Origin: Dipteris shenzhenensis
Taxonomy: Eukaryota
Reading direction: 5' to 3' (one strand)
Assembly (NCBI GenBank): GCA_047967505.1
Contig: CM106538.1
Length of the DNA: 64,000 bases
Made by a program: the position numbers and the translations under genes. The notes beneath the pieces were generated by a model. That model did not search any database, was not told where the DNA came from, and worked only from the letters and a program-made list of their open reading frames with translations. Shown one piece after another: positions 50,350 through 63,400 of the stretch; within the stretch, counting starts at the first letter, position 1; the number at the start of each line of letters is the position of its first letter.

Positions 50350-51580
50350 CTTCCTCCTTATCAAGCATCTTTAAGAACTCTATAATGTGTGAAATGATTG
50401 GTTGCGATATTTATTTTTTCTTCTACATGTGCTTCTTTGTTTTCTTCGTCCTTGAATTCCAAGATATATGACTGTCTCTGTGGAAATCTTTGAAACTGCT
50501 TCATGGTTTGGGACCCATTCCTTTTTCAAACAACTAGTATATAATGTATTGTTATCTTGGTTCTCCTTCCTACCCCATGGCTCATACCATACCGCTGTAA
50601 ATGTTGTAGCTCTCCCTTGGTCATCCATGCTCACATCCACCACTTTTGCAACCCAAAACTTCATGTTGTCATGTTCATCATCCGATGGTCAAACTGCAGG
50701 AAAAAAATGGACTTCTATGTCTATTTGTGGCATAAACTCTCTCTTCTTTGGTCCACAATATGGATGTGGCAGCAGCGATTAAAACTCATTTTCCAAGAGA
50801 CCACAAGATGGGTGCAAGTCATTACCAACATTTGGCCAAAATAAAGGCCGTTCTCTCTTAACATCATCTTCTCACATTTTCTCAAGGTCCTTTATCAATT
50901 GGTAGGTCTTCCTAATTACAACAGCGGTGTGTTCCTTCCAAGAGGACTTCCAATTAAGAAATCTCTTCAGCATTTCCTCCTTGTATGTAATAAAAGATTT
51001 TAAGACTTCTATTTCACCTTTGGATTTCTCACTGAATTCTTTTATAGGAGCCCATGTTGGATGAATTTCTTTACTCATCGGAATTGAAGTTAAGAGACTA
51101 TAAGGTTCTTCAAGCTCCCATGTTGTATCAAGAGAATAGTGTTGCTACTGCACTCGTTTTTCATCCTTTAAGAAAAAGCGAAAGTAGTGTGGAGCGCTAT
51201 GACCTATCAGGGCATCACCACCTTTTTGTATGGAAGGTAGAATAAATCTCTTCCAATCATACATCCTTTTAACCATGGAGCATAGTATACCTTCTTTGCG
51301 GCCACCAACTTGCCTCCCATATTTTCTTATCAAGTCATCCATCATCTCCATCTCCTTGTGTCTTAGCTCTCTTGAGAGTGCGCTAAATACATGATCGATA
51401 TCCTCATGTGTGTGTCCAACCAACAAAAACCCAACTTCAGTCTCATTGAAGATTCAATGAGCGATTAGCATTGATCAAAATGCACAGAAGAGTATATTCT
51501 TATTCTCTTGTCCACAATTGTTTGCCTGTATTCTCAAATTTATTGGTAGGCAACCTTTTTCTGCATGTACACGAATTTTT
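50350..51580 (-). pseudogene. Second Sola1-like transposase fragment (C-terminal half)
   Basis: IQANNCGQENKNI; LVGHTHEDIDHVFS; FWVAKV...AVWYEPW. Homologous to but diverged from 45600-46900. Confidence 0.8.
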
Positions 51581-52829
51581 GTAGATCGTGGTGACCTATG
51601 CTTTTGGGTTAATGAAATATAAATGCATCCCATGACTGAAGACTTGCTTAAGTGCACACATGAGATCTTCCAAAAGTGAATATCAATAATAGAAATGTCC
51701 AAGTTTTCACTTTTTGTAGACTATACAACAATATATAGCTGCTTTAATGTTTTTTACTATAATGAATGTGAAGGTGAGCCATAGCCAATAGTATTGTTGG
51801 GCATGTAACCTGGGAATATTCATGTAGACTTTTTCATCAGGAAAAGCCATATAGTCAATGCTAAATATGTTAAGTCATTGTCTATCCCAAACATAGAGCT
51901 TTGGATCTTTGCTCACTTCACGTGTGCACAGGCATAAGTGTTTAAAAGCAACATAAGTCTTGGTACTGTGAAGTTTCGCATAGAGCATTCCTTGGAAAGA
52001 GGAGGGGGAAAGGGGGGGTTGGGGGGGGGAGAGTTGTGTGCCATTGTTGGGTTTGCAATGTTCAAGGATGAGACTTGATCGGCACCCTAGTTGATGGGTA
52101 ATATCCTAAATAGCCTCTTTTATGGACATTTGACAGGCACCACTAAAGGATATTGAAAATTTGGGAAAATTTTTAATTGCCTTTTTGACAGGTGACAACC
52201 TTAAGGTGTGAGCGAAGTTAAACCTCAAATTTTGTTTTGTTTTGTGAATTTAAACCTCACGTGAGGAGTGCGTAGGTGGACACTAATTTGGTAGATATAT
52301 CCTCAAAGATGGCTCCCATGGACCGGTTGAAGCCACACATCCAAAGACCTTGAGTCTGTTTAGAGGCTCCATGCACCCAGTTGCTCCCCCGCCTTGAATT
52401 TTGTGGAACTAGTCCACTAGATAGCCCATTCACTTTGTCTTGCCGCTTTGTGATCGGTTGCCTCCTATGGGAAATTTGTTCTGTTCTACAACACTAGTAG
52501 TCCTAGTTCTGTAGCAGAGTCGGTGAGATTCCTCTAGTGACATATGGAGCCTCAAGGAATTTCCAACTCACTCAGTGATTATTAGACGCCGAATAATGTA
52601 GAGTTGGGGACCCATGCACATTTGATGCATGGGGATTGGCTCCTTGAGGCCGTTCCCACGTTTGGCAAAGATGGCAAAAATGCTTGAATTTGCCAGTGCT
52701 TGTTCCATTCCCCTTAGAAATGCATTGCTAGATTTGAGCAAATATGCTCCTTGCTGGAGAAGTAGCAAATGCCTCGCCAGTCGGCTTTGGGCTCTTGTCG
52801 TGTCGAGCTAGTACGCTAACCACTCGTAG

Positions 52830-53525
52830 CTAGAGAAGAGACTCTTGACTGCATAGGAGTACGTCGGCCACTCAAGGATTACCAATGAAAAGAAAAGGCA
52901 AAGGGACATCTCTAGCAGTAATTTTGTTGCCCCCACTGAAACTCGTGCTTCAAATGCACATGGTGAAGCTCATCTTGCCCAAGGTGATAGAGATTTTGTG
53001 TTTGCTGCATTTAATGAGAAGATGGATGCCAGGGGGGATTTGAATGCTGAAAATCAATCAGGGGATGCTTCCCTTGTTGCAAGTCATACATGGTATATCG
53101 ACAAGTGGTGCTACTAAGCACATGACTACTCGCCAGGAGTGGTTTGAGAGCATCACACCTGTTCATGGCAGACAGGTTACATGTGCCAATGATGCTTCTC
53201 AAGACATCATCGGAGTTGGACACATTCCCGTTCAGCTTGATAATGGGAAAGTTAAGTATATTCGAGATGTTTGGTATTTTCTAGATTTGAGGCAAAATCT
53301 GATTTCAGTTTCAAACATTGCCCATGATCAACATATGTTGGTCGAATTTCAGGATAACCAATGCATGATCAAGGATCCAAAGAAAGGGTATGAGGTTGTA
53401 GCAACATGCACATATGACAGAGGCTTATACAAGCTTGATGCTCAGCTTTATGATCAAAAGGTATTGGCTGTAGCAAACACTTCCTAGGCTGATTTATGGC
53501 ATGTCAGGTTTGGAAATCTCGATTT
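52830..53525 (+). pseudogene. Copia remnant (knuckle, protease, pre-integrase region)
   Basis: SGATKHMTTRQEWFES...IRDVWYFLDLRQNLISVS...RGLYKL, then LWHVRFGNL. Confidence 0.8.
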
Positions 53526-54900
53526 AGTGTTTTGTAAGGTTTAGGTGTGATGTTTCTATCTTTTTTAGCAGGCTAGAGAATAGCCTTCAAACGTCAAAGG
53601 TTGGTAATTGGGTTGGCCAAATCTAACGAAATATCCATTATTATTATTATTTATGAAATATCTAAAGCCTATGCAGCAGAACGTGGGATGGGACGTGCAC
53701 GTGGCGAGATGTGATTGGGCAGACGAGAAGGGGTAAGCGGGGCGGTGGGACAGGTGGCGGGAGGAGATTGGAGGAGGAGTTGGGGGACAAAAATACAAGG
53801 GAGAGGTTTGTTGGGAGCGGGAGTACGTAGCGGGAGGTGATTGGTTGGGGGCCGGGTTTGGTTGAGATTTGTGGGTTTTTTCCGTTTCTCTTCTACCTCT
53901 GCTTCTTCCATCTTCTCCAGTTCCTCCTCACCTCCCCCTCTTCAGGTACTCCCTCCACCCCTTTTTCTCGTCGCTTTATCAATTCGTTGAGTCTCGCTAC
54001 CGCACCAGAGGGAACGTAACAGCGGGGAATCGGAGACCTTTCCTCCCCTTTCTCATTGCCGGAACCGGCGGCACGGAGGGAGAGCAGCGGTTCTTGTTCG
54101 CGCAGGTAGACAGCGAGTGTTATTATGCAAAGACTCGAAGATGACCGCGGCGGAGAGAGAGAGATTGTAGCGGAGAGGAAGACTGAGGGATAGCCTTTAC
54201 TGAGACAGAAAGGAGAGCCTTGCGGAGATTGTGAAGCAGAGGAAGACTATGACACTGCAGGAGTATCAACCCCAATGCGCACAAGGACGCTTGGGGGGGC
54301 GGAAAGAGAGACAGAGACAGAGACAGAGACAGAGACAGACAGAGCTCCAGGAAGAACTATGTTAATTTGTGGCATGCTGATCGCTTCTAAAGGTGTCGGT
54401 GGCTTCAGGCGGAAGAGCTGCGGGTCAATTTGCGCATGAAAATCGTTTCCTTTCTACTCCATGGTTGTGTGTTTCTCTTTTCTGCACTCGCTTTTTGTGC
54501 ATAGAAGAAAAATGGAGTTTTACCCCGTCAGTCGTCGTAAAAATGGCCAACAATCATACCTTTTAATATCGTTAGTTGTCGCCGAAATGTCCGATTCGTA
54601 CTATGCGTTCCCACCCTTTTTGTTTTGTCTTGAAGGCCCTTGTACGGCCGAACAAATCCTGCGTCCTCCCCATTCGATGGTAATTAATGAAGTGTGACGG
54701 ATTACAGAAAATGTTGGTTTGCTGAATAAGTTTCAGTGGTATTGAATCTGAACCGAGCTACGCTGTGTTTTGCAGGGCTCGATAAAAAGAGGATTAATTT
54801 GTACATACAAATTGTAACGGCAAAACTGGATACGTGTGTTAGAAATCTGAGTTTCGTGCAGCATCTTGCTGTGTTGAACACCAACGAAAGTAGATTGGAA

Positions 54901-55037
54901 ATGAGTGACATGGGAAGGTTTAGAGCTGGACTTCAGGCTGATGCATGTGAAGAAGTCATTTGTCCCAAGCCTCAAAGAATGCCTCTCATTTCTTGTTGCG
55001 CTCCTGAGCTTCTCAAGCCTAAGCGTCAGTGGCAAAG
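54901..55037 (+). CDS. Coding exon 1 of a conserved plant protein of unknown function (VCPKPRR / SPPSRA.NP / RIEGFDC family; At3g02555/At5g16110-like by recall)
   Basis: MSDMGRFRAGLQADACEEVICPKPQRMPLISCCAPELLKPKRQWQ; donor AG|GTACGG. Upstream acceptor TTTTGCAG at 54775 suggests a 5'-UTR intron. Confidence 0.85.
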
Positions 55038-55956
55038 GTACGGAAAAGTACTGAGTTCGATTACGTGCTTTTTTTAATGCTTATTGAATGGTCGGTTCTG
55101 TTTGAAGAAGACCTTAGATCTAATTCGTGAGGAAAGGTCCTGCATTTTGAGACTGTTGCCTACACATTCTTAAGTTCTCTTCTGACTTTGAATTGATCTA
55201 ATGCTCAAATTTTGTCACCTTAAATCATTTTGATCGTAGAAGGTACTGCTAGTGCTTTTGAGCAGAGTTCGAGGGCTGACTGGAAGCAGGATTTCATTGT
55301 TCTGGGACATCTCTGCCCTGTGTGATGTCTCTTCTGCTGGAATTCAAGTACCAGGCCTTGAGCTACTAGTTGCTTAAAGGCTTTAAAACAAAAAAGAAGC
55401 TGGAGTTCAGAACTTGGAAACTATATCATAGAGAATAGAGTCTATGGAGGAATGTGTAAAGCTTTGTTCACACTTAAACGTCTTGGACCTGCATGAATCA
55501 CGAATACAGCTTTGACATTGAGTTTATCCAAGTATAATGCAGTTTTGCTGTGGTATGTGTGTGTGAAGCAAGTCAAAGGGTGATAATACTCTTCAACAGT
55601 GCATTGTTGCTATTTCATCAAGTTTGTACTTGCCTGTGCCATTTACAGCAAATTGGCTGTGCAACTGCCAATATCTCTACTCTATTACTTGTCATCAATA
55701 ATCTTTTCTTCCATGATTACTGGTAATAGTTTCTCTTTTGACTGTATTGTTGTGTATGCCGGCTCTGAAGGAGGCGATGATCATGAAGATCAGAAATGTA
55801 CTTGAAGGTGTAAGTTGGAGCCCTCACAAACAAAACTTTGTAGCTATCACCTCCACTGAAACTGAATGTATGGCTGTTTGCTATTCTACCACGAAACACA
55901 AATGACATCTCATCATAGCCAGGCTTCTTCATGTAATCTTTCACATTTTAGAAACC

Positions 55957-56523
55957 TGTGGGGTCTCTCATGGGGTTTGCACACAGTTGTGACCTAGTCA
56001 CCAGTAAAACCAAACTCAGCCAATCCTCAATGCTCCAGATGCAGCCCACTGGTGAGCTGCAAAGCTTGTATTATGTTACTTTAAAGGGTTGCAACATGAA
56101 GGTATCATCTATTAAACTTACAGATGGAGGTTGCTTGCTGTAGCCAACCCTCCCGTAGTGGAAGGTTATGTCTAGGAATCACTCAATGGGTAAACAAATC
56201 TCACTATGTCTCATGCCAAAAACAAAATAGAATGCACAAAATAGGCAAACCCTATTGGCACTCCCACCTCCACAGTGCACCTCTAACTTTGTTGACCTGT
56301 GTGCTCCAAAGCAGGCTGGCAAAGATATGAATGGGGCCCTTTTATAGGGCTGGAATGCCTCCCAGACTGGCCAACTAGTCTATTCACTCGCGCGTGCACA
56401 CACACACATGGGCCCTTTTATAGGGCCAAAATGCCCCCCAGACCGGCCAAAAAGTATGTTCCTGCAGCTTCACACACACATGCGTGCTCATGCATGCACA
56501 CATGCCCTCACCCGCGTCTGCAT

Positions 56524-56569
<46 letters not shown>

Positions 56570-57062
56570 GTGTGCGTGCATTCTGGAATGCCCCCGACTG
56601 ACCCACCAATCTGTTCCTGCAGCTTTACGCATGCATGCGTGCACACCTTTTTTGGGGTGAAATCACATGTGCAAGCGCACACACTAGACGGGCACACGCA
56701 CACATGCTCTGGGCTGCCCTAGTCTGTGCTCATACTGACCCGCCAGCCCGACCACTGGGCACCTGTACAACCAATCCAGTCTGCAGTCCATGCAGACTGT
56801 CCACTGTCCTCTGATCCTTGCTGCTGGTGACCTGTCAGCATGCTCTGCCAACATGCCCTGCCTACAAGTATGCTGGCAGCCCCAAACAGGCTGCTCCACA
56901 CGTGCTGCTGCGGTTGCTACCTCCTCAGCCCTCTTCTAGGCTTGTGCAGTAGCCACATATGATGCCCATGCCCACATGGCAGCCTGCATGCTGCCTATGT
57001 GGCAGCTCTGCTTCGCTTTCCGTGGCAGCCTTCTTCTCCACCCACGTGGATTCTCACTGACA
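55957..57062 (-). mobile_element. Probable LTR fragment inside intron 1, among Copia RNase H remnants
   Basis: Minus strand AGAGAGGGATTG (PPT-like) then TGTCAG...CCCACA, with an internal duplicated CCTTTTATAGGGC and (CT)n. Flanking STETE-like and YADS-like Copia RH remnants at ~55850 and 57150-57540. Confidence 0.45.
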
Positions 57063-58216
57063 CAATCCCTCTCTGAGATTATCCTCTCCCATGTCCTCCT
57101 CGTACAGGGGCTCACCTGTGGGGTTCATGTTCTCTAATCATGCACCACAACTTTTTGCATATGCTGACTCCAATCAGGGCGGTAATTATACCGATCAGAA
57201 ATCTACTTGGCGATCAGAAATCTACCTGAAAGTATGTCTTCCTTCACATTGGCTCCCACAAACAAAACTTTGTAGCTCTTTCCTCCACTGAACTGAATAT
57301 ATGGCTGTTTTCTATACATAAATGGCTTTACAAGCTCATGCAAGGACTCAGTATTGTTGTTACAAATTCAGGCCCTTACAACCACCCTGAGGGATGCATC
57401 TGCACCATAAAGAATGGGGGTCCCACAGGTAGACTAAATACATTGACACTTGATAGCATTATGCCTGGGGTCTTGTTCAAGTTGGCAAACTCCAAGTGCA
57501 GTATTGACTCAACAGCGTCATGTTAGCTGATCTGTTTATGAAACCCCTCATTTGCATTGCTCCATTTCCTCTTGGATCAAAGGTGTCTTGTGGCAGTGGT
57601 GATCTATTGGAATGCAACTAATGGTCTTTTACCAACTTACTGCCTTGCTAGGTATGCAATTTTGTTGTAGGAGTTCTTGGGAAGTTTACAATTCGTAGAC
57701 AGCTAGAGTGGCTTCTTGATGCAATCTTTCACTTTTACCAACTTGTCGGTTTTCATTGTTTCGATGCCACCACAATGTTTTCCAGCTTTCTCTTCTTCGT
57801 CATCTCACCACTTTAGTCTCCTTGCCTTGGCTAGAATCATCATGACTCTTTGAGAACCACCTAGGTTGTCTGTTGGACATCTGCCATTTCTGTAGAGCAA
57901 CATCTATGACAAAATCTCTGATGGCTGATCTGCAATGCAAGCATACAATGTGCATTCTAGAGCCTTGAAACTGTAACGCTAATATGACCCTGAGTTGATA
58001 TTTTGTAACATTATGGCGAATCATAATGCGACTTGACACATTTGTCTGTACATGAGTGTGAAATATATTTGCAGATTCATGACTGATGATTGTCTTTACT
58101 TTGTAACCTTGTGGGCATCATAATGCAACAAATTCCACTTGACACTTTTGTATGTACATGATGAGTGTGAAATATGTTTGCAGATTCATGACTGATAATT
58201 GTCTTTATTTTGACAG

Positions 58217-58280
58217 CCCTTCTTCTCGAATACCTGAATGTGAGGCTGGATACGAGATACTGGAAATTTTCCTGAACATG
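58217..58280 (+). CDS. Coding exon 2 of the same gene
   Basis: TTTGACAG|C CCT...PSSRIPECEAGYEILEIFLNM|GTGGGC. Phase is compatible with exons 1 and 3 and matches the family motif AG.E.L.I.L. Confidence 0.85.
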
Positions 58281-58399
58281 GTGGGCTTTGCATTTGTCTG
58301 GATACTAATGCTTGAGTTTTCATGAATAGCAAGGAAAACACAATCAAATTTTGCATTTTTATGATTGTGGGCTAACATATTTAGTATTATCTTGTACAG

Positions 58400-58648
58400 A
58401 ATGTTTGTGGCGAGTCCCCAAAATTTGGATGCTCACCCCCGTACTTTTTGGATTCACCACCCAGCCGTGCTGGTAATCCCATTGTACATGATGTGCAGTT
58501 TTGTTATCCAAGGTCTCCCCCACCCACGGTCCTTACTGATCCAAAATCTCGCAGCAGGCTATCCCTCACTCCTAGTCCATCCATTCGAATCGAAGGGTTT
58601 GACTGTTCCCACCGCGATTCACGGTGTGGTGTTCCGGCCATTGCATAG
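58400..58648 (+). CDS. Coding exon 3 of the same gene (protein ~149 aa in total)
   Basis: GTACAG|NVCGESPKFGCSPPYFLDSPPSRAGNPIVHDVQF...PSIRIEGFDCSHRDSRCGVPAIA*. Confidence 0.88.
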   Translation, partial: NVCGESPKFGCSPPYFLDSPPSRAGNPIVHDVQFCYPRSPPPTVLTDPKSRSRLSLTPSPSIRIEGFDCSHRDSRCGVPAIA

Positions 58649-60425
58649 CTAGCCTTCCAGCCTCAATTAGGTTTTTGAGGTCACGAGCAGATGAGGGCTT
58701 GTATTTTCTGTAAGCCGTACTGTTTATCCTCGATGTTATGTGTGCAGTACAGTATTGTATTATAGTCTAATCAACAACTATGTTTTACCTGATACCGGAA
58801 TGGGGCATCCAGATGTTTTGTGAGAGGATACGAGGTAGTACTAACCCACTAGAGATGTGTATTCTTCAGCTGAACTTGCCTGATGGTTAAACAGCAGCCT
58901 TCTTGCCTCATTTTTCCTTAGACATTAGTCTAGATGCAGTGAGAATCCTTGTTAAAACTTCTCCAAATTTTCTGCCCCTGCTGTGTGCAAAAAGGAAACA
59001 TGTAATTATTGTAAACATTCTGAAGAGATTTTATAAATTTCTCTGGCCTGCTACAGGCCCTTTGTACAAAATGGAAAGTTTTGTTCATTTGATTGTAAGC
59101 CTTCATTGTGTGTCAAGTACTGTAGGCTCTTGTGCTTCTCTTGTTATTTTGAGACAAGCATCTGTGTTGTGCATTGTTTGAGATGAATGGTCAGTGCGAG
59201 GCAAGTCTTCAGACGAGGAAGCATGATTTGTCTGCATGGCTAGCATCAGCCCTGCATGTAGAAAAGGTGGTTTTGAAATTCGTTCTCTGTATCTGCAATT
59301 CACTTGATTCATTGCAGAGAAAAAAATTAATGCACGTGTGGCACTAACAATGTTATTGCCGATTGAGGTGTGGGTGATAATCATTGCTTAGTATAAAATC
59401 AACATTTATGTGTTTGGCAAGAACAACATGTGGATCAGATTCTAATAGCCACATAAAGAGGTTAGAATGTAGTCTCTTAAGCATTGAATGAAGTGTCCTA
59501 ATCAAGGAAAGCTATATGTGCCCCAAAAGAGTTAGTGTTTGCAAGCAGTTAATACCACCCTATTATCAAGTGAGCTAACCATGATTAGCAATAGTCATTA
59601 TGCCATCCTTACTACCATAGACGAATTAGGAGTGTTTCACTAAGATCACCATAAGATTTTTGCAAATTTTCTTAACCCTACTCTTGATGAAAGGTTAGAT
59701 TTGTTGTAAGAAGTTAGCCTCTTTGTTCATAACCTCCATTCTCTCCTTTACAAGTTGATCCTCATCTCAATAATGTGACATTTTCTTGTTTAGTCTTGTT
59801 ATGCATTTAAGGTGAGTCTTTCTTTTGGTCAAGTGTATCCTAAGTTTTGCTTGCTGTATACGAGCACCAAATTCAATCTCTCTCTCTCGAAGATATTTGA
59901 CATCAATGCTACATCCTTTGGCCCTATGTTAAAAGATCCTTAGAATGTTGTGTTATGAACAAGTTTGCATTCAACCAATTCTTCCATTTGATTAATCATG
60001 TTAATGAAATAAGGCTTTATTGTTGTTGATCCAGATACGAAGCTCAACTATTCATCATTGTTAGTCTACAATTGTCCTAAAAACAATGATGGATGAGTTT
60101 GGGGATCTTCCTCTAGATGTATGTTCATCAACAACCATATCAACTGCGAACAATCAAGATAATCATGTAAGAGGCAGTTGAGCATGTGGCACAATTTGTT
60201 TAACTTTATCAGCTTTTGTTGAGGTAGAACTTTAATGATGAAAGTAAAGAAATTCTTCTTGTGATCGACTTTTTTTTTTAATTTTTTTTTCAATTGTGGA
60301 TCATGCAAATCATGAAATACTGGCAATGTACCTCCAATCCAAATACAAGAGGCTAACACTATAAGAGTACCCATTGCTCCATTATGTGTAGGGGGGTGTG
60401 TGTTGAACAAAGACGAAGAGGAATA

Positions 60426-60456
<31 letters not shown>

Positions 60457-60755
60457 TCTCTCTCTATATATATGTGGGGGGGGGGGAGGGGCACTAGGGC
60501 AAGGCAAAGGGCTTTTATGGATAAGGGTTGCTCCCCGAAAGAGCTTTTTAAAAGCTTGCATCACAAAAGGCAATTGGATAATATTTCCAGGTTAAACTTT
60601 TGGATGGTACCTGGACCAATTACTAGTTGAGGCTTGTGTTTCTTACTTTGCTCAAATTTTTGGCGATTTGATTCTCCACCCAGGATGCTATCACAGCTCG
60701 GTAGGTGCTGTTTTAATTCTTTCTTGCAACAAGCCTTGCAGCTAAAGTCTCCTTT

Positions 60756-60791
<36 letters not shown>

Positions 60792-61899
60792 AAAAATGCT
60801 ATTCGAGCATGTGGAAAATGGAAATTCTAGGGTGGGATGGTCTCACAGTGTTTTATCCTATATTATTATATATGGTCAATCAAGTGTGGCAAACTCAATA
60901 GAGGCCTCCAGTTGTTGGAAGAAAGGTTTGGTGAAGCTATTCCCCAAAAAGCATGTATGTGAGTCCTTCGTGGATTAGAGACCCATTACTCTTATGCCTA
61001 TAATCTATTAGTTGGTCCCTAAGATGATTGTGGCTTGGATCAAGGGCTTTTTGCATGATGTGTTACATTCTTCTTGGTATGGTTTTATTCCCCCCCACAT
61101 ACATATTACTGATATTATTGGCGATGCCTATGTGGGGATAAAATATTCAAAGTACAGTGAGCAAGATGTTCCCCTCTTTATTACAGGTGGACATAAATCC
61201 TTCAACAGTCTAATTCTGCTCAATGTTGTGATTATTTGTTAATCCCTTCTAGCCACAGGTGGGCAATGTTATGACAAATCTTCTACTGAAATTTGATGAC
61301 ACATGGTCCAAAAAATCAGCCGGAATTGTCAAAAACACAGTCAAAATTGAAGGGCTTCTCTATGGCAACCCGGTGCAACATTGCACTCTCTCTTGGTTGA
61401 GGATAATCTCTGGTATACGGCCTTCATTTCTACATAAAAATCCCCTTGGATAGAGCTACGAGCTATGCGAATTTTGGTCTCCAACTTCCATGTTTGTTGT
61501 TTGAAGAATTTTGACAGTTTTTGTTGAAGAATCCATTGCACTGACTTTGAGCAAGTGTTGGAAGTTCAAGACTTTTATTCATCTGCAAGTACTTGACTAG
61601 TTTGAAGTGATAGTTGAAGGGAGTATGCCCAAATCTTGTTGTTATTTCTAACTTCTTCAAGAAGAAGAAAACATTTTTGAGAGGTTTTATGGTTGAAATA
61701 AGTATAAATGTGTGTTGAGGTTGATGCATTGATAGGAGACTTCAGTTCTAAAAGCATTGAAGCATAACATGGTGAAGACATGCCAACATATATGGAGATG
61801 AGCAAGTATGGTATGCATATGGTGAGACAAACTTTATTGAATTCTCCTCTACAATCATGAAGTCTATGATCACTCATAGTGGTGAACAAATGGATGCAA

Positions 61900-63400
61900 A
61901 TATTGATGACTATGTTTCAAAGTATATTTCCTTTTGAAAATGTTTTGTACTTCGCAAGTACAACATTCTTGATGATGAGATATTCTTGGTGACTCATGCT
62001 ACATGCATTTTGGCAGGGGATATTACAAATCATTGGACTCCTTTTTCTTTTGTACGGCAAGGTTGTACCCTTGGTGAGTTATTTTATGCCATCGCCACTC
62101 ATCCCATCCTATAATATACGGATCATTTCATAGATACAGGTGCTTTGCATGGTCTAGAGATACATGGCAGCAAACCTTTGATTGCACATGCATATGAGGA
62201 TGGTTCTTTTTTCTTACCACCGAACACTGAAAGAGATCTTTCTTACCTCATGCGTGCCTTACCTTTACGGTAGGTAACCTAGAGAGAAGTTTTCTCTTTT
62301 GGAGCCCTTATGAAGCCACATTAGGAAAGAAGGGAACTCATTTTGGGGCCCTCTAAGAAATTCACTATTTACCTATTTTTGTTGCACTCAAAATATGGGA
62401 AATGCCATAAAATGTTAATCTAGTACGCAGGCATCACATTAAATGCATATATAAGATCCTTGATTTTCTGCGCAAAATTTGGTGATTCTGACATTGCCAA
62501 CACGTCCAATGCCAACTGGCCAAATCGTGTTTTTGTGCAAATTCCCCAATCCTGACATTTTTGCCCTATTTTGGGCCTCCGGGCATTGATTTTTTGTGTC
62601 TCTAAGGTCGATTTGGGGGTTTTGGCCCACTCTAGGCACGCTGGCGATGTCAAAATCATAAAATTATGTGCATAAAATCATCTTTTGAAGATCAAGTATG
62701 TCTCACATTATAAAATAAAAAGATTTTGAATATGACTTATTTCATATTTTTACATGGTTTTTTGTATTTTTCCAACATTACGTTGGCCCTCTTTTGATTA
62801 GTCAAGAGCCTATTTTTTCTAAACCCTAAAAGGCCCCAAAATGAGCTTCCTTTTTTCCTAAGGCTTGGCACAATTATAGGCATTGATCATCATGAAGATC
62901 TTATGGCATGAATCCTATGGATTGATTTAAGCTAATTAAACTACATGTTCCAAATTTGTGGTCCTAGCTTTTGGATTTTGATATTCCCATGCTTTTTGGG
63001 TGGAATAGTGTGTTTTCCTACATGACATACCTTATGATGTAGATCAACATTTACAAGATGCAGATGAAACCGTTTGAGAATGGAAACTATAGCATCATGA
63101 TGGACGATGGCTGCACCATTGTCTCCAGATCATGAACTTGGTTGATTGTATTAGGGAAAGAAGGATTGAGAAGGAGGTAATCCAGAGGACCTTCTTGTGA
63201 TCGTTTTGCTTCTTTCTTTCTTGACAGATTGCGACAATTCTGAAGAGTACCTGGTTTGATATTTCAACCCAGAATTTTGTAGAAATCGCACAAGGAAGTA
63301 AGAATTTTGGAGAGCTAGTTCCATCCATTTTACCAAATATCCTTTTGCACCAACTGAGAGATCAGACGTCCTCATCAACTTCTTTGGTCCCCATCCTAGA
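61900..63400 (+). mobile_element. Highly decayed L1 reverse-transcriptase remnant
   Basis: VRQGCTL (RQG.PL motif) at ~62052 and AHAYEDG (YADD-like) at ~62184. Confidence 0.5.
62313..62866. mobile_element. MITE-like insertion with ~30-bp imperfect TIRs
   Basis: TTAGGAAAGAAGGGAACTCATTTTGGGGCC (62321) versus GGCCCCAAAATGAGCTTCCTTTTTTCCTAA (62832-62861). TSD not resolved. Confidence 0.6.

Noticed and set aside
54736-55077. 113-aa single-exon ORF as the gene product
   Set aside because: It starts at a non-ATG codon upstream of a splice acceptor and reads through a donor site; the spliced model from ATG 54901 fits the family motifs better.
59480-61750. Second LINE remnant on the minus strand
   Set aside because: Only vague resemblance to L1 RT; no motif was clear enough to call.
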